From Deltaproteobacteria bacterium (GTDB lineage Bacteria > Desulfobacterota > Desulfobacteria > Desulfobacterales > UBA11574): a stretch of DNA of 55,765 nt. This document shows, one piece after another, positions 36,249-46,200 of the stretch. Under the pieces are notes generated by a model. It was not told where the DNA came from and did not search any database. It saw only the letters and a list, made by a program, of their open reading frames with translations. The position numbers and the translations under genes were made by a program. The stretch covers positions 1 through 55,765 of the forward strand of contig JAFDBA010000001.1 of NCBI GenBank assembly GCA_019313505.1. The letters are read 5' to 3'. How positions within the stretch are numbered: position 1 is the stretch's first letter; every line of letters starts with the position of its first letter.

Positions 36249-37571
36249 CTAAGCTTCAGCCGGCTTTAATTCCTGTTCCAAATCAACCGACGGTTCAACA
36301 GCTTCCTCTTTTTCAGTTTCTTGGGCCGGCAACGTTTCCATGGGATTTAGTTCCGGCTCATTAGGAAATACCGGTAGATAACGGTATGAAATTGCGATGA
36401 GGATAACACCGTATGCCACCGGAAGTATTGTTGTTGCAATTTCCTGCCAGCTCGGGAAATACATGAACCAGCTTTCAAACGTCAGGACCGGTACCGCCAT
36501 AACCTGCAATACCATAACCCATCGATTGATGCAAACCCCGATAGTAGCCAGGGTGATAGCAATCCAGAGGGCCAAAGAATTTTTACGCCCTTTTTTGGTA
36601 ATTAAAATAAATGCCGGAACAAAGCCGCAAATTGCAATTTCCAGAATCAGGATCCAGATTCCGTATAAGGGGTTATTGGAATAAAAATCCATCAACGTTT
36701 GTCCCATGGAAGGAGCTGTGACAGTTGCCCAGTACCAGGTATCGGCGGTCTTGGCAATACTGTAAGTTAGAAGCATCCACCCTGAAATCTTGGCCAGAAG
36801 CTCTATGGCGCTATCCTTGACCAGCTTTTTGCGGGTAACTGTTTCGGTAATTTTAGTAATCAGAATTGTAAAACATGGTCCACAGGCCGCGGCTGACCAG
36901 GTAAAAAGAAAGAAGGTCCAGGGCCAGATCAAGATCCCTTCCCGAAAGGCGAAGGGTCGTCCGAATAGGACACCGGCAACACCGCCCAGAGACCCCTGGT
37001 GGAAAAAGGAAAGAAACGCACCGGTCGCTGCAAATACCGCCATTGTTTCGTGCATGTTGTGGCCGAGATGATGAAAAAACGGCACCCTGTCAATCTGGCG
37101 GTTTTCAAGAATAAGCGGAATATATTCGATGGTCAGAACCCCAAAATAGCAGGAAAGGCAGAATGCCACTTCAGTCAGCATGGAGTGAACATTGGCATGC
37201 CAGAAAATAAACCATCCCCTTAAAGGCTGGCCGATGTCGATGGCCAAAATCAGCAAAGCCGAACTGTAGCAGATGAAACCTATCAGAACTGCATAATTAA
37301 TGATATTCTTCAGATCATCCTTGCCAAAGATATATCTTAATAAACCGGTAAAAAAGGCGCCGCCGCCCACAGCGATCACCGCAAGGTCGGCCCAAATCCA
37401 TAATGCAAACCCGTAGGCATCGTTCATATTAGTCTGGTTAAGCCCCTTGAACCAGCAAAGCAGCATGGCGTAAACGCCCCATAACAGAACAGCACCCACT
37501 ATGGCGACAAACAAAATAAATTGTGGAAATGGGCAGCGTTTAACTCCCCTGGGTATTAATGCAGAATCCAT
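36249..37571 (-). CDS. qrcD: NrfD-family integral membrane quinone-interacting subunit (QrcD/ActC-like)
   Basis: 440 aa and polytopic (about 10 helices). It is the last large gene of the cytochrome / molybdopterin-family / FeS cluster. Confidence 0.65.
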   Translation of the reverse strand: MDSALIPRGVKRCPFPQFILFVAIVGAVLLWGVYAMLLCWFKGLNQTNMNDAYGFALWIWADLAVIAVGGGAFFTGLLRYIFGKDDLKNIINYAVLIGFICYSSALLILAIDIGQPLRGWFIFWHANVHSMLTEVAFCLSCYFGVLTIEYIPLILENRQIDRVPFFHHLGHNMHETMAVFAATGAFLSFFHQGSLGGVAGVLFGRPFAFREGILIWPWTFFLFTWSAAACGPCFTILITKITETVTRKKLVKDSAIELLAKISGWMLLTYSIAKTADTWYWATVTAPSMGQTLMDFYSNNPLYGIWILILEIAICGFVPAFILITKKGRKNSLALWIAITLATIGVCINRWVMVLQVMAVPVLTFESWFMYFPSWQEIATTILPVAYGVILIAISYRYLPVFPNEPELNPMETLPAQETEKEEAVEPSVDLEQELKPAEA

Positions 37572-37632
37572 GCTTTATATACTCCTTAATTATAATTTCA
37601 CCACCAACTTTGGTTCACTTTCGTCACTATGC

Positions 37633-38451
37633 TTACTCGTGATGTGCAGGTTTTTTAGCTATACTCTCATTTTCAAGATAATTATCACCGGCCCGCCGGA
37701 CCCACTCTCGACTTGAAAGATAGTAGACCTTGGGGTTGGTACCCAGCCTTTCCAGCAACCGGAATGCATGGGGGTTGGTCGGCCGACCGTGGTGTTTAGG
37801 GTCGGGTTTGGCCATCCGGTATACGGCATGATTCGGATTATTCAGATCACCGAATGTAATGGCGTCGGCGGGGCATGCCTGGGTGCAAGCCGTTTGATAT
37901 TCATCCTCTTTGAGCTCGCGCCTTCCTTTCATGAATGCCTTTTCCTTTGCCAGCTGGTACTTGTGGAAGCAAAAGCTGCATTTTTCAACCACGCCTCTCA
38001 TGCGGGGTGAAACATTGGGGCTCAAATATTTTTCCATGCCGTCCGGCCAGACCGGATCCCACCAGTTAAAATAACGGGCATGATACGGACATGAAGCCAT
38101 ACAATACCTGCATCCGAAACAGCGGGTATAAATCTGGCTGACAATTCCGGTTTCAATGTTGTAGTCCGTTGCAATGGCCGGGCAAACCGTTACACAGGGT
38201 GAATGTCCTTCATGTTGGCCTTCACAATGCATGCACGGCCTTGGGAGATAGCATATATCTGTATTAGGAAACGGTTTCCCGTTGGTCAACTTGTAGACCC
38301 GCATCCATGTTATACTGAGAAGTTTGTTTGATTCATCCTTCCGAAAGGGCACGTTATTTTCAGCCATGCAGGCAACCATGCAACTGCCGCAACCGGTACA
38401 CTTATCCAGGTCTATGACCATTCCATACTTTTTGGCTTTCTTGTGTTTCAT
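37633..38451 (-). CDS. qrcC: Periplasmic 4Fe-4S cluster subunit (QrcC/PsrB-like)
   Basis: CTGCGSCMVAC, CMHCEGQ...CVTVCP, CFGCRYCMASCP and CSFC...CTQACP motifs. I prefer ATG 38451 (AAGAGG SD, MKHKKAKKYGMVIDLDKC) over the TTG at 38514. Confidence 0.65.
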   Translation of the reverse strand: MKHKKAKKYGMVIDLDKCTGCGSCMVACMAENNVPFRKDESNKLLSITWMRVYKLTNGKPFPNTDICYLPRPCMHCEGQHEGHSPCVTVCPAIATDYNIETGIVSQIYTRCFGCRYCMASCPYHARYFNWWDPVWPDGMEKYLSPNVSPRMRGVVEKCSFCFHKYQLAKEKAFMKGRRELKEDEYQTACTQACPADAITFGDLNNPNHAVYRMAKPDPKHHGRPTNPHAFRLLERLGTNPKVYYLSSREWVRRAGDNYLENESIAKKPAHHE

Positions 38452-38504
38452 CAGAACCTCTTTGGATTGACAATTATTGATAATATGGCGAGCCACAATA
38501 TCTG

Positions 38505-38532
38505 CAATAGTCAATCTTCAATAGTCAATATA
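38505..38532. repeat. CAAT-heptad array (CAATAGT CAATCTT CAATAGT CAATATA) immediately after the qrcB-like stop
   Basis: CAAT occurs at 38505, 38512, 38519 and 38526 in exact 7-bp phase. The array contains AATCTTCAAT (38513-38522). Confidence 0.7.
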
Positions 38533-38533
38533 A

Positions 38534-40759
38534 TCAAACTTTGGCCAGTTTGACCCTGATTCCCCAGGCAGTATCCAAACCTGAAACAGGATCTTCAACC
38601 GGGCCTATGAGTTCATTAAAATTTATTCCCTTACCTGCCAAATAATCGTCGAATGCCGTATGACCCAGTCCTCTGGGCAGGGCAACAAGCCCGGGCATGA
38701 TACCGTCAAAAAGATGTACTTTGACTTTTGCTTTACCCACAGGCGTGCTTAACATGGCAAGCTGGCCTTCGCGCAGGCCCTGTTCTCCGGCTGTTTTCGG
38801 ATTAATCTCAATAAAAACATTGTTGCCTTTGAGAACCGTATCATCAACAGATTTCATAACAAACGGAGGATTACCGATGACACCGTTGGCTAATCTGATG
38901 GAATCATAAGGCATAAGCAAAAGAGGATAATTAGTTTTGTCACCTTCAATATTAACCGGTTTAAATTGTTTCAAGGATCCGGTTTCTTTAGATACAAATT
39001 CGAATTTTCCGGAAATCGTATCAAACGATTCTTCATGGGTTTGAACAAAAAAATCGGGATAAGACCAGAATCCTTTTTTAATCATGACCTGCCACTTATT
39101 GCCCAAAGTTTCTTTAAGACATGCATCATAACTGTTCCACGCAAAAGCGTCCGCTATATTTCCTCCCATGGCTTTTGCTAACAAAATTATGATATCTCCG
39201 GTATGTTTGGTATTCAACTGGGGCTCAACCACCGGCCTCGTGAGGCTGATAACAGGCTTGGGCATTCCTGGGGGTGTGGGTATATCTTCATATCGTTCAA
39301 GATAGGCATGGTTGGGAAGGATCAGATCGGCGTTTTGAGCCGTTTCATTCATATAAGAAGAAAAACTTACCACAAACGGCACCTTGTCAAAGGCCTTTTT
39401 CACCGCTTTGCTATCGGACATTGTGTATAACGGGTTTGCATCTCCGACAAAAAGTGCTTTCAGGGGATATTTTTCTCCTGAATTGATGGCTTGGGGGAGA
39501 CGGTTCAACAGGTACCTGGAAAATGGATACTTTTTACTTCCGGCGCCATCCAATCGATCTTTTTGCATTCCGATTGCTGCCGTGGCATCCATCTCTACTT
39601 CCGGCCAGTTGATATAATCAGGTTCTGCAACAGCAAAGATCCCTCCTTGTTTGTTGATATTGCCGACAAGAGCGTTTAATGCATGCACCGTTGTGCATTC
39701 ATCAAGACTTCCCGGTGTGGTTCCCTGACCGCGGCCACAAATTGCCAGGGGCTTTGATGCACGGGCAAAGCTCCGGGCAAGAGCAATGATTGTTGTGTTA
39801 TCAATTCCTGTAATTGTTGCAACGCTGTCCGGACCGTACTTGTCGAGGACAAAACGTTTCCAATCCTCAAATCCTGCAGAATAATTATCAACAAACTCGG
39901 CATCGTATAATGATTCTTTAATAATTACATGGGCGATCCCCAGGGCAAGAGCCGCCTCGGTCCCGGGATTGGCGGGGATCCATTTGTCTGATTTGGCCGC
40001 GGTATTAGAAAGGCGTGGTTCGATCTGAATTATTTTCCCGCCGGTATTACGCCAGGCGCTGTTGGCCCTGAACATCCTTACCGGCGATCCCCATCCATCT
40101 ATTATCCCGCTTCCAAAGCTTAAGATAAAATCGGCATTTTCAAAATCGAATCCGGGGGAAGCCTGAACGCCCTGCATCAGGTGAAGGGTAAGCTCATAGG
40201 AATCGATAATTGACGATGTACGCATTAGATTGGGAGAACCATAAACGGTCAGAAACCTTTCAAATAGACGAGGCACTGTCCCGCGATCGGAATCTGAAAT
40301 ACAACCGACAGTGTGCGATTGGCCTGTTGATCTTAAGTCACTGAGAATTTTGGCAACTTCTGATATGGCATCTTTCCATGAGATTTTTTCCCAACTTCCC
40401 TGGCCTCTTTTTCCCACTCTTTTCAAAGGTGTCTTGACTCTCGTGGGACCATATAGAAGCTGAAGGCCTGACAGTCCAAGAATGCACAGGCCGCCATTAT
40501 TTACAGGATGCCCTTTCATGCCCTCTATTTTAACAGCCCGATCATCAATTTTGCGGACAGTAATACCACAACCACCGGGACAGAGGGTGCAGGCAGAATT
40601 GACATAACTGGCTTCACCATCCTCCGGAACAGGAGTCCACGGCCACATTTGTGTCCATATGGAACTGTCATCCATCAATTTCCATGGTAATGGTGAAAGG
40701 GCTGTGCCCGCCCCACCACCAATTAAAAAGGACAGAAAACTTCTTCTATCAATCTTCAT
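38534..40759 (-). CDS. qrcB: Tat-exported molybdopterin-oxidoreductase-family subunit (QrcB/PsrA-like)
   Basis: 741 aa. Twin-arginine signal is MKIDRRSFLSFLIGGGAG. N-terminal FS0-type motif is CTLCPGGC-x27-C. The family-typical domain order is present. Confidence 0.65.
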   Translation of the reverse strand: MKIDRRSFLSFLIGGGAGTALSPLPWKLMDDSSIWTQMWPWTPVPEDGEASYVNSACTLCPGGCGITVRKIDDRAVKIEGMKGHPVNNGGLCILGLSGLQLLYGPTRVKTPLKRVGKRGQGSWEKISWKDAISEVAKILSDLRSTGQSHTVGCISDSDRGTVPRLFERFLTVYGSPNLMRTSSIIDSYELTLHLMQGVQASPGFDFENADFILSFGSGIIDGWGSPVRMFRANSAWRNTGGKIIQIEPRLSNTAAKSDKWIPANPGTEAALALGIAHVIIKESLYDAEFVDNYSAGFEDWKRFVLDKYGPDSVATITGIDNTTIIALARSFARASKPLAICGRGQGTTPGSLDECTTVHALNALVGNINKQGGIFAVAEPDYINWPEVEMDATAAIGMQKDRLDGAGSKKYPFSRYLLNRLPQAINSGEKYPLKALFVGDANPLYTMSDSKAVKKAFDKVPFVVSFSSYMNETAQNADLILPNHAYLERYEDIPTPPGMPKPVISLTRPVVEPQLNTKHTGDIIILLAKAMGGNIADAFAWNSYDACLKETLGNKWQVMIKKGFWSYPDFFVQTHEESFDTISGKFEFVSKETGSLKQFKPVNIEGDKTNYPLLLMPYDSIRLANGVIGNPPFVMKSVDDTVLKGNNVFIEINPKTAGEQGLREGQLAMLSTPVGKAKVKVHLFDGIMPGLVALPRGLGHTAFDDYLAGKGINFNELIGPVEDPVSGLDTAWGIRVKLAKV

Positions 40760-40843
40760 CTATTTTACCTCTTTAGATAGAGTCAAAAACTTTATTAGCA
40801 TTCTTTTTCTTTAAAAAATTGAAAGTATCTATTAAATCTTCAA

Positions 40844-41647
40844 TTACTTATGGCATACAAAACATGCATCCCTTTCTGTCTGAACACTACCCCCCTTGTT
40901 GGATACTGATGTGCCGGGAGAAACCAGGTCTATGATATGGCCGATCAGTCTGTTTGTGGGAGTTTTAACACCTGTTCTTGAAATGTTGGCGGTATTTTTT
41001 CGATGGCATTCAGCACAGTCGTCCATTTTCATCCTGTCCCAGGTATTCTTTTTGAAACCGCCTATGCTTTTCCCCCAGATATCACGGCTGTAACCCGTAA
41101 TCCGGCTTTCTTCATAAATCTTTAAATTTTCGGATTCCCCAATATGGCCGTGACAGGTAACACAGTCGATTTTTGCAGCTTTGACATGGGCGGCATGGGA
41201 AAAGAATACACAATCAGGCTGTCGGGAGTATATCAACCACGGAACCTCTCTTCCTTTAGAGACATACTTCTCGACAAATTTGATCTCATCATGACTTATG
41301 CCCTGGATCTCATCATGGCAGTCAATGCACTGCTCAAGTTTCGGAACTCCGGAATATGTGCCGTCTTCACGGAAGAAATGGCAGCTTTCACACCCGTCTT
41401 CAACTTCTGCCACATGCAATACATGGTTAAAATCGATCGGCTGTTTTTTCTTCGAATAAAGCAGTTTTGGGAAAATGACCCATCCCAGGATAAGGCTTGC
41501 AAACAGTCCGATAATAAAAAACAGGATAATGGGTCCGCCGGCTCCGTTATCCTGTTCTTTTGTATTTATTTCCCGGGATGATGTTGCAATTTCCTCACCG
41601 CCGGCATCTTCCGCAATCTCTTTAGCATTATCATCCAAAGCACTCAT
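40844..41647 (-). CDS. qrcA: Membrane-anchored multihaem cytochrome c with five CxxCH motifs (QrcA/ActA-like)
   Basis: The five motifs are CESCH, CIDCH, CVTCH, CAECH and CFVCH. There is one N-terminal hydrophobic helix (PIILFFIIGLFASLILGWVIF). I prefer ATG 41647 (GGAG SD) over the TTG at 41716. Confidence 0.6.
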   Translation of the reverse strand: MSALDDNAKEIAEDAGGEEIATSSREINTKEQDNGAGGPIILFFIIGLFASLILGWVIFPKLLYSKKKQPIDFNHVLHVAEVEDGCESCHFFREDGTYSGVPKLEQCIDCHDEIQGISHDEIKFVEKYVSKGREVPWLIYSRQPDCVFFSHAAHVKAAKIDCVTCHGHIGESENLKIYEESRITGYSRDIWGKSIGGFKKNTWDRMKMDDCAECHRKNTANISRTGVKTPTNRLIGHIIDLVSPGTSVSNKGGSVQTERDACFVCHK

Positions 41648-41865
41648 AGAATCTCCGTTGTTAAAATGAACTTTAATCCCTGAATAGTGAAATAACTTGC
41701 GAGTTTGTATCTGCAAATCTATTTTTTGTCAAGGGAAAATCATTCTCATTTTGCGTTACACTTATGCAAGTGGTTGGTTACTAAAACCCAGGGAAAGAAA
41801 TATAAAAAGGAAAGAAAATGTGTTTATAAGGGATAGGCGTTGTGTATGAAAACGACTTGATAAAA

Positions 41866-43122
41866 TCACATATTTTCGGCCACTGAAACCGTCCGGTCGC
41901 CGAGAATATTAACATAACTTCCCATTTCATTATCGTACCAGCCGTATATTACAGCCTGTGTTATCGGTATTCTGATAATAACGTCCTGTAATGAACATAA
42001 AACTTCTTTTTCCAATCCAGGTACTTTTCCCAGATCAACGGTTTGATCGGCGGTACGGGTATGGGTTTCATGGCCCTCAATGACGGCAGCAGTTATGGGC
42101 AATCCAATGATATCCCCTGAAACATTCTGCTTTTCAGAATAGTAAAGGTAACCATAAGGATCATCGGATGCCGCTTGCCGGTATATATCGTTGAGCAGTT
42201 CCCTGCTTATCGGTTCACCGGAAAGTTCCTCCTGTAGATTCAACACCAGTATAATCAGAGAACCTGTGGAGATTGGTATTCTTACAGATTCCGCAATGAA
42301 TCCGATCTCTTTCATTTCCGGAATTACAAGTCTAAGGGCATTGGCAGCACCCGTGGTTGTTAGGATAATGTTGTTCATAATACTCCTGTTTTTCCTCAAA
42401 TCGGCGGCGCCTGCTTTTGGAAGCCTGTCCAATACTTGCTGTGATCCGGTGACGGCATGCACGGTTGCCATGGAAGCGGAAAGTATCTTTTTAGAACCCA
42501 ATGTGTTGATAAGGGGTTTTATCATATGAGCCAAACAGGTGGTGGTGCAGGATGCATTGGAAACAATCTTATGACGTCTGGGATCATAGACATTGTCATT
42601 GATACCCATCACCGTGGTTACCACATCGTCCGGCATGGGTTTGCCTTTAGCTTTTATCTTAAAGGGCGCTGAGACAATCACTTTTTCGGCGCCTGCTTCA
42701 AGATGGCCGCGCACAGCCCCTTTTGGATGATCCGGAGGAAGGGTCGGGTCAAGAAATTGTCCGGTAGTATCCACAACAAGTTTTACGCCATATTCTCTCC
42801 AGTTTATTTCAGTCGGATTCCTGAATGACCTTAAAAAACGAACCCTGACACCGTCTATATTCATGGATCCGCTTTTTTCATCCAGAGCACTGATTAGCGG
42901 TTCTGCTTTTTGACCGTACAGGAATCTTCGCAGCAGACCATAGGTGGAATCCCTTCCCATATAATGAGCAATATCTTCCAGCGATGTTCCGGCTTCACGT
43001 CCGATATTGACTATAATTTCACTAAAATATTTTCGGGCCACATGGTGCCAAACAGAAAGCTTGCCGATTCTGCCGAACCCGTTTATGCCGAGTTTTATGC
43101 CGCTATTAGTTTCGGTTTTCAT
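41866..43122 (-). CDS. Long, divergent glyceraldehyde-3-phosphate dehydrogenase-family protein (418 aa)
   Basis: INGFGRIGK Rossmann start, catalytic SNASCTTTC, TVHA His and C-terminal WYDNEMGY are all present. It is about 80 aa longer than canonical GapA, with several insertions. Confidence 0.7.
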   Translation of the reverse strand: MKTETNSGIKLGINGFGRIGKLSVWHHVARKYFSEIIVNIGREAGTSLEDIAHYMGRDSTYGLLRRFLYGQKAEPLISALDEKSGSMNIDGVRVRFLRSFRNPTEINWREYGVKLVVDTTGQFLDPTLPPDHPKGAVRGHLEAGAEKVIVSAPFKIKAKGKPMPDDVVTTVMGINDNVYDPRRHKIVSNASCTTTCLAHMIKPLINTLGSKKILSASMATVHAVTGSQQVLDRLPKAGAADLRKNRSIMNNIILTTTGAANALRLVIPEMKEIGFIAESVRIPISTGSLIILVLNLQEELSGEPISRELLNDIYRQAASDDPYGYLYYSEKQNVSGDIIGLPITAAVIEGHETHTRTADQTVDLGKVPGLEKEVLCSLQDVIIRIPITQAVIYGWYDNEMGSYVNILGDRTVSVAENM

Positions 43123-43217
43123 GGCCGCACCCCCATTTAAATTGATAATTTGCGATTGAAAATTTACGATTTATTGAAGTCGTTTTACCCCACTGTTTTG
43201 AATTGAAGTCCTTAAAT

Positions 43218-43240
43218 AATCAATCTTCAATCTTCAATTG
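43218..43240. repeat. CAAT-heptad array (AATCAATCTTCAATCTTCAATTG) immediately after the stop of the 1392-aa gene
   Basis: CAAT occurs at 43221, 43228 and 43235 in 7-bp phase, and AATCTTCAAT occurs twice (43222, 43229). Opposite-orientation ATTGAAG copies lie at 43173 and 43202, with GATTGAA at 43154. Confidence 0.7.
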
Positions 43241-43241
43241 T

Positions 43242-46200
43242 TTAGGCTTCTTTTACCCTTATTAAGTCTTGATAAACCGACCCTTCGCGACCATCAATAC
43301 TTATGTGGTCTCCGGATTTAAAAACCATTTCATTAAATCGACAGCTTTTATCTTTTTCCCTGCAGACAAGGTTGCCGCATCCGACAATGCAAGTTTTGCC
43401 GAGTCTGTGAGCAACAACGGCTGCATGGGAAGTTACTCCGCCACGGGCTGTAAGAAGGCCGTCCGCAGCATATATTTCCCTGATATCATCAGGAACGGTA
43501 TCATTCCTTACCAGAATTAAATATGTTTCGGGCTCCATGGTTCTCCATTGGTCGATTTCTTCCAGATCAAAAATGATCCTCCCGCTCATTGCTCCGCCGC
43601 TGACCCCAATACCATGCCCCACTAACTTATTCTCCGTACGATCTCCAAGGTCAAAAGTTGAAACTTTCTTTCTTTCTCGAATGGCCATATCCCGGCACTG
43701 GAGCAGATACAAATTTTTAGCACTGGAACTTTCAAAAGTGAACTCCATTTCCTGGGGGCTCCATCCCTTTATGTGAATCAACTCATTCGCCCATCCTTTC
43801 AAGGCGTTATAAATTTCAGGGAAATGAGTTTCAAGGGTTATATCGGTTTCTTTCATTTCGATATCCTGCTGTATAATCGATATCGGCAATGTATTAACAA
43901 GACCAGAGGCCACATCTTCACCCTGATTCCCGATAGTAAAATCACCCCAAAGTCTCAAACTGTCTTCCGACCATCTGGGATTATGAGTAAAGATGATACC
44001 GGCGCCTGATTGTCTGGAAATGTTTCCATAAACCATTCCTTGAATGGTAGCGGCCGTGCCCCAGTCATTGGATATTCCCATGATCTTACGGTAGGCTCTT
44101 GCTTTGGAAGATTCCCATGAGCCGAAAACCTTTTTAATCGTTAAGTAAAGCTGTTCAAAAGGATCATCAATAATATCAATCTCTGAATTCTTTATCATAC
44201 TTTTGTAAGTCATTGCCACTTTTCGCATCTGCATACCGGCAAATTCTCTTTTAAACCCGATACCCGCTCTTCGTTTCATTTCGCTGATAATGGCATCAAA
44301 ATCATCCCGTTCCAGACCAAAAATCATGCCATAACCTTGCAGAAACCGGCGATAACAATCCCAGGCAAACCAGGCATTACCGGTACGCTTTTCAATGCCG
44401 AGTGCAATTTCTTCATTCATCCCAACATTAAGTAAAGTATCCATCATTCCGGGTTGTGAAATGGAGGATCCGCTTCTTACGGAAAAGAGAAGAGGATTTT
44501 CTGGATTGCCAAAGGTCTTGCCGGTCTCCTTTTCAATATCAGCGATATGCTTCCCCAATTGTTCCTTGAAATTCTGTTTCGCCGGCGAATAATTGTCTAT
44601 TATTTCTCTACAGCGGAATGATTCCGTTGTTATGATAAAACCCGGCGGTACCGGCCAGCCGTAATTTTTTAGCCTGACCAGGTTCAACCCTTTGTTGCCC
44701 AGATTAATAATTCCGGAAACCCGCTTAGGAACGTTGTTGATAGACGTCATCGCCTTTTCAGGATCATAAAGGAGAAGTTGTTGGAGTTGATTCTCTGGCA
44801 GTTTATTCGATTGCTGAAACAGGGTGTTTAAAATTCGGCTTAAAAACAGATCCAACTGCCGGAGTCCTAACGAAAAGGCTATCCGTTCTCGAAAGAAAAT
44901 TTCCGAGACCCTGTGTTTTATCCCTTCGTTGTCTATTTTACCGTTATAGGGAATGTATTTCGGCAGGATCTGATCAACAGGTATCTGAGACAGAACCTGG
45001 TTTAGATTTTCTCCATGAATATTATTGAAATAATCATTAATGATATTCCTTACAGCCCGGGCGAATCCTTTAAAAATATCAAGGTACTGGGTAAAAGTAA
45101 ATCCTCTGGCTTCAAGTGAATGGGATAACATGTCAAGCTGACTTTCGATTTCTACTGATGATATTCCATCGAGCGTTAACGCTTTTAAAAACAATTTTAA
45201 TCGATTGTAGATCTGAAAAAAGGTGGCTTTTGTTATCAGGTTGAGATCAATATCTTCGACAAGTTCTTCAAAAAAAACATTGACCAGAGATTCTATCCGA
45301 AAAGTAAGTCCAAAGGCGTCAAATTTCATTTCGCGATAACTGCCGTACATGGAAGGGATATCTATGGTAATATGTCTTTTCTTATAAATGTCCTCCTTTA
45401 TTTCATATATCTGATCGGAAAGTATTATTTTTTTCAACTCTTCCAGACAATCGAGAAGCCCGTAAATCTTTTTATTTAAATCAGGCTCTGCCAGAGCTTT
45501 TTGCAGCCTTTCCAAATCAGGAAAGGCTTCCGACCTGAGTTGAGCAAGATAATTTTCCATTTCGATAAAATCGAGGTTGTATTTCTGGTTTAAAAGTTTG
45601 TAAAAGGTTATGGCAAGTTCCACCCTCCTCGAATCTTGCTCCGATACGCCGGACGCCCCGTCAATAAGACGCTTCATTTCATTTTCTTTAATTGTAATAA
45701 GTCCCTCGGGTAAAGAGACCCCCTCTTCTTTAAGATATGAAATTACCCTGTGAACACCATCTATGTGTGGACCATGAGTATCGATTTCTTCATAAATATC
45801 TGGTGGAACAAAAGGTTCCAAAGGAACTTTTTCTTTGGTTTTCCAGAAATTAAATATTTCTTTCATAAAATCCATGATCCGGTTACTGCTTTCCACATGG
45901 CTCTGCTTGCGCAAAAAATGTATAAGCGTGTCTCTTCGATGGGATATTTCATCAATTTCTGTTGATATATCCCTTAACTTCCCTTCGGCACCGATATCGT
46001 TAAAAAATACCGGGAAAAGTCGGCAAAGCTGCTTGGCCAGGTTATAGACAGGGTCGATGCCGCTGTTTAATAACCGGGTAATATCCCGGGGGAAAAGGTC
46101 TATATCTTTAATAAATACCCCGCAGACGGAAAGATGGATGATAAGGTATGAAAAAAGCCGGGTTGACCACATGGGATTCAGCTCAATCAGCTCAAGCCAT

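Noticed and set aside
40749-40759. The qrcB-like start (ATGAAGATTGAT) resembles the ATTGAAGATTGA repeat, suggesting the repeats might encode TTG-initiated micro-ORFs (for example TTG AAG ATT GAA GAT TGA after the giant gene).
   Set aside because: None of the repeat copies has an SD. The micro-ORFs would be 3-5 codons. The similarity to one gene start is most simply coincidence.
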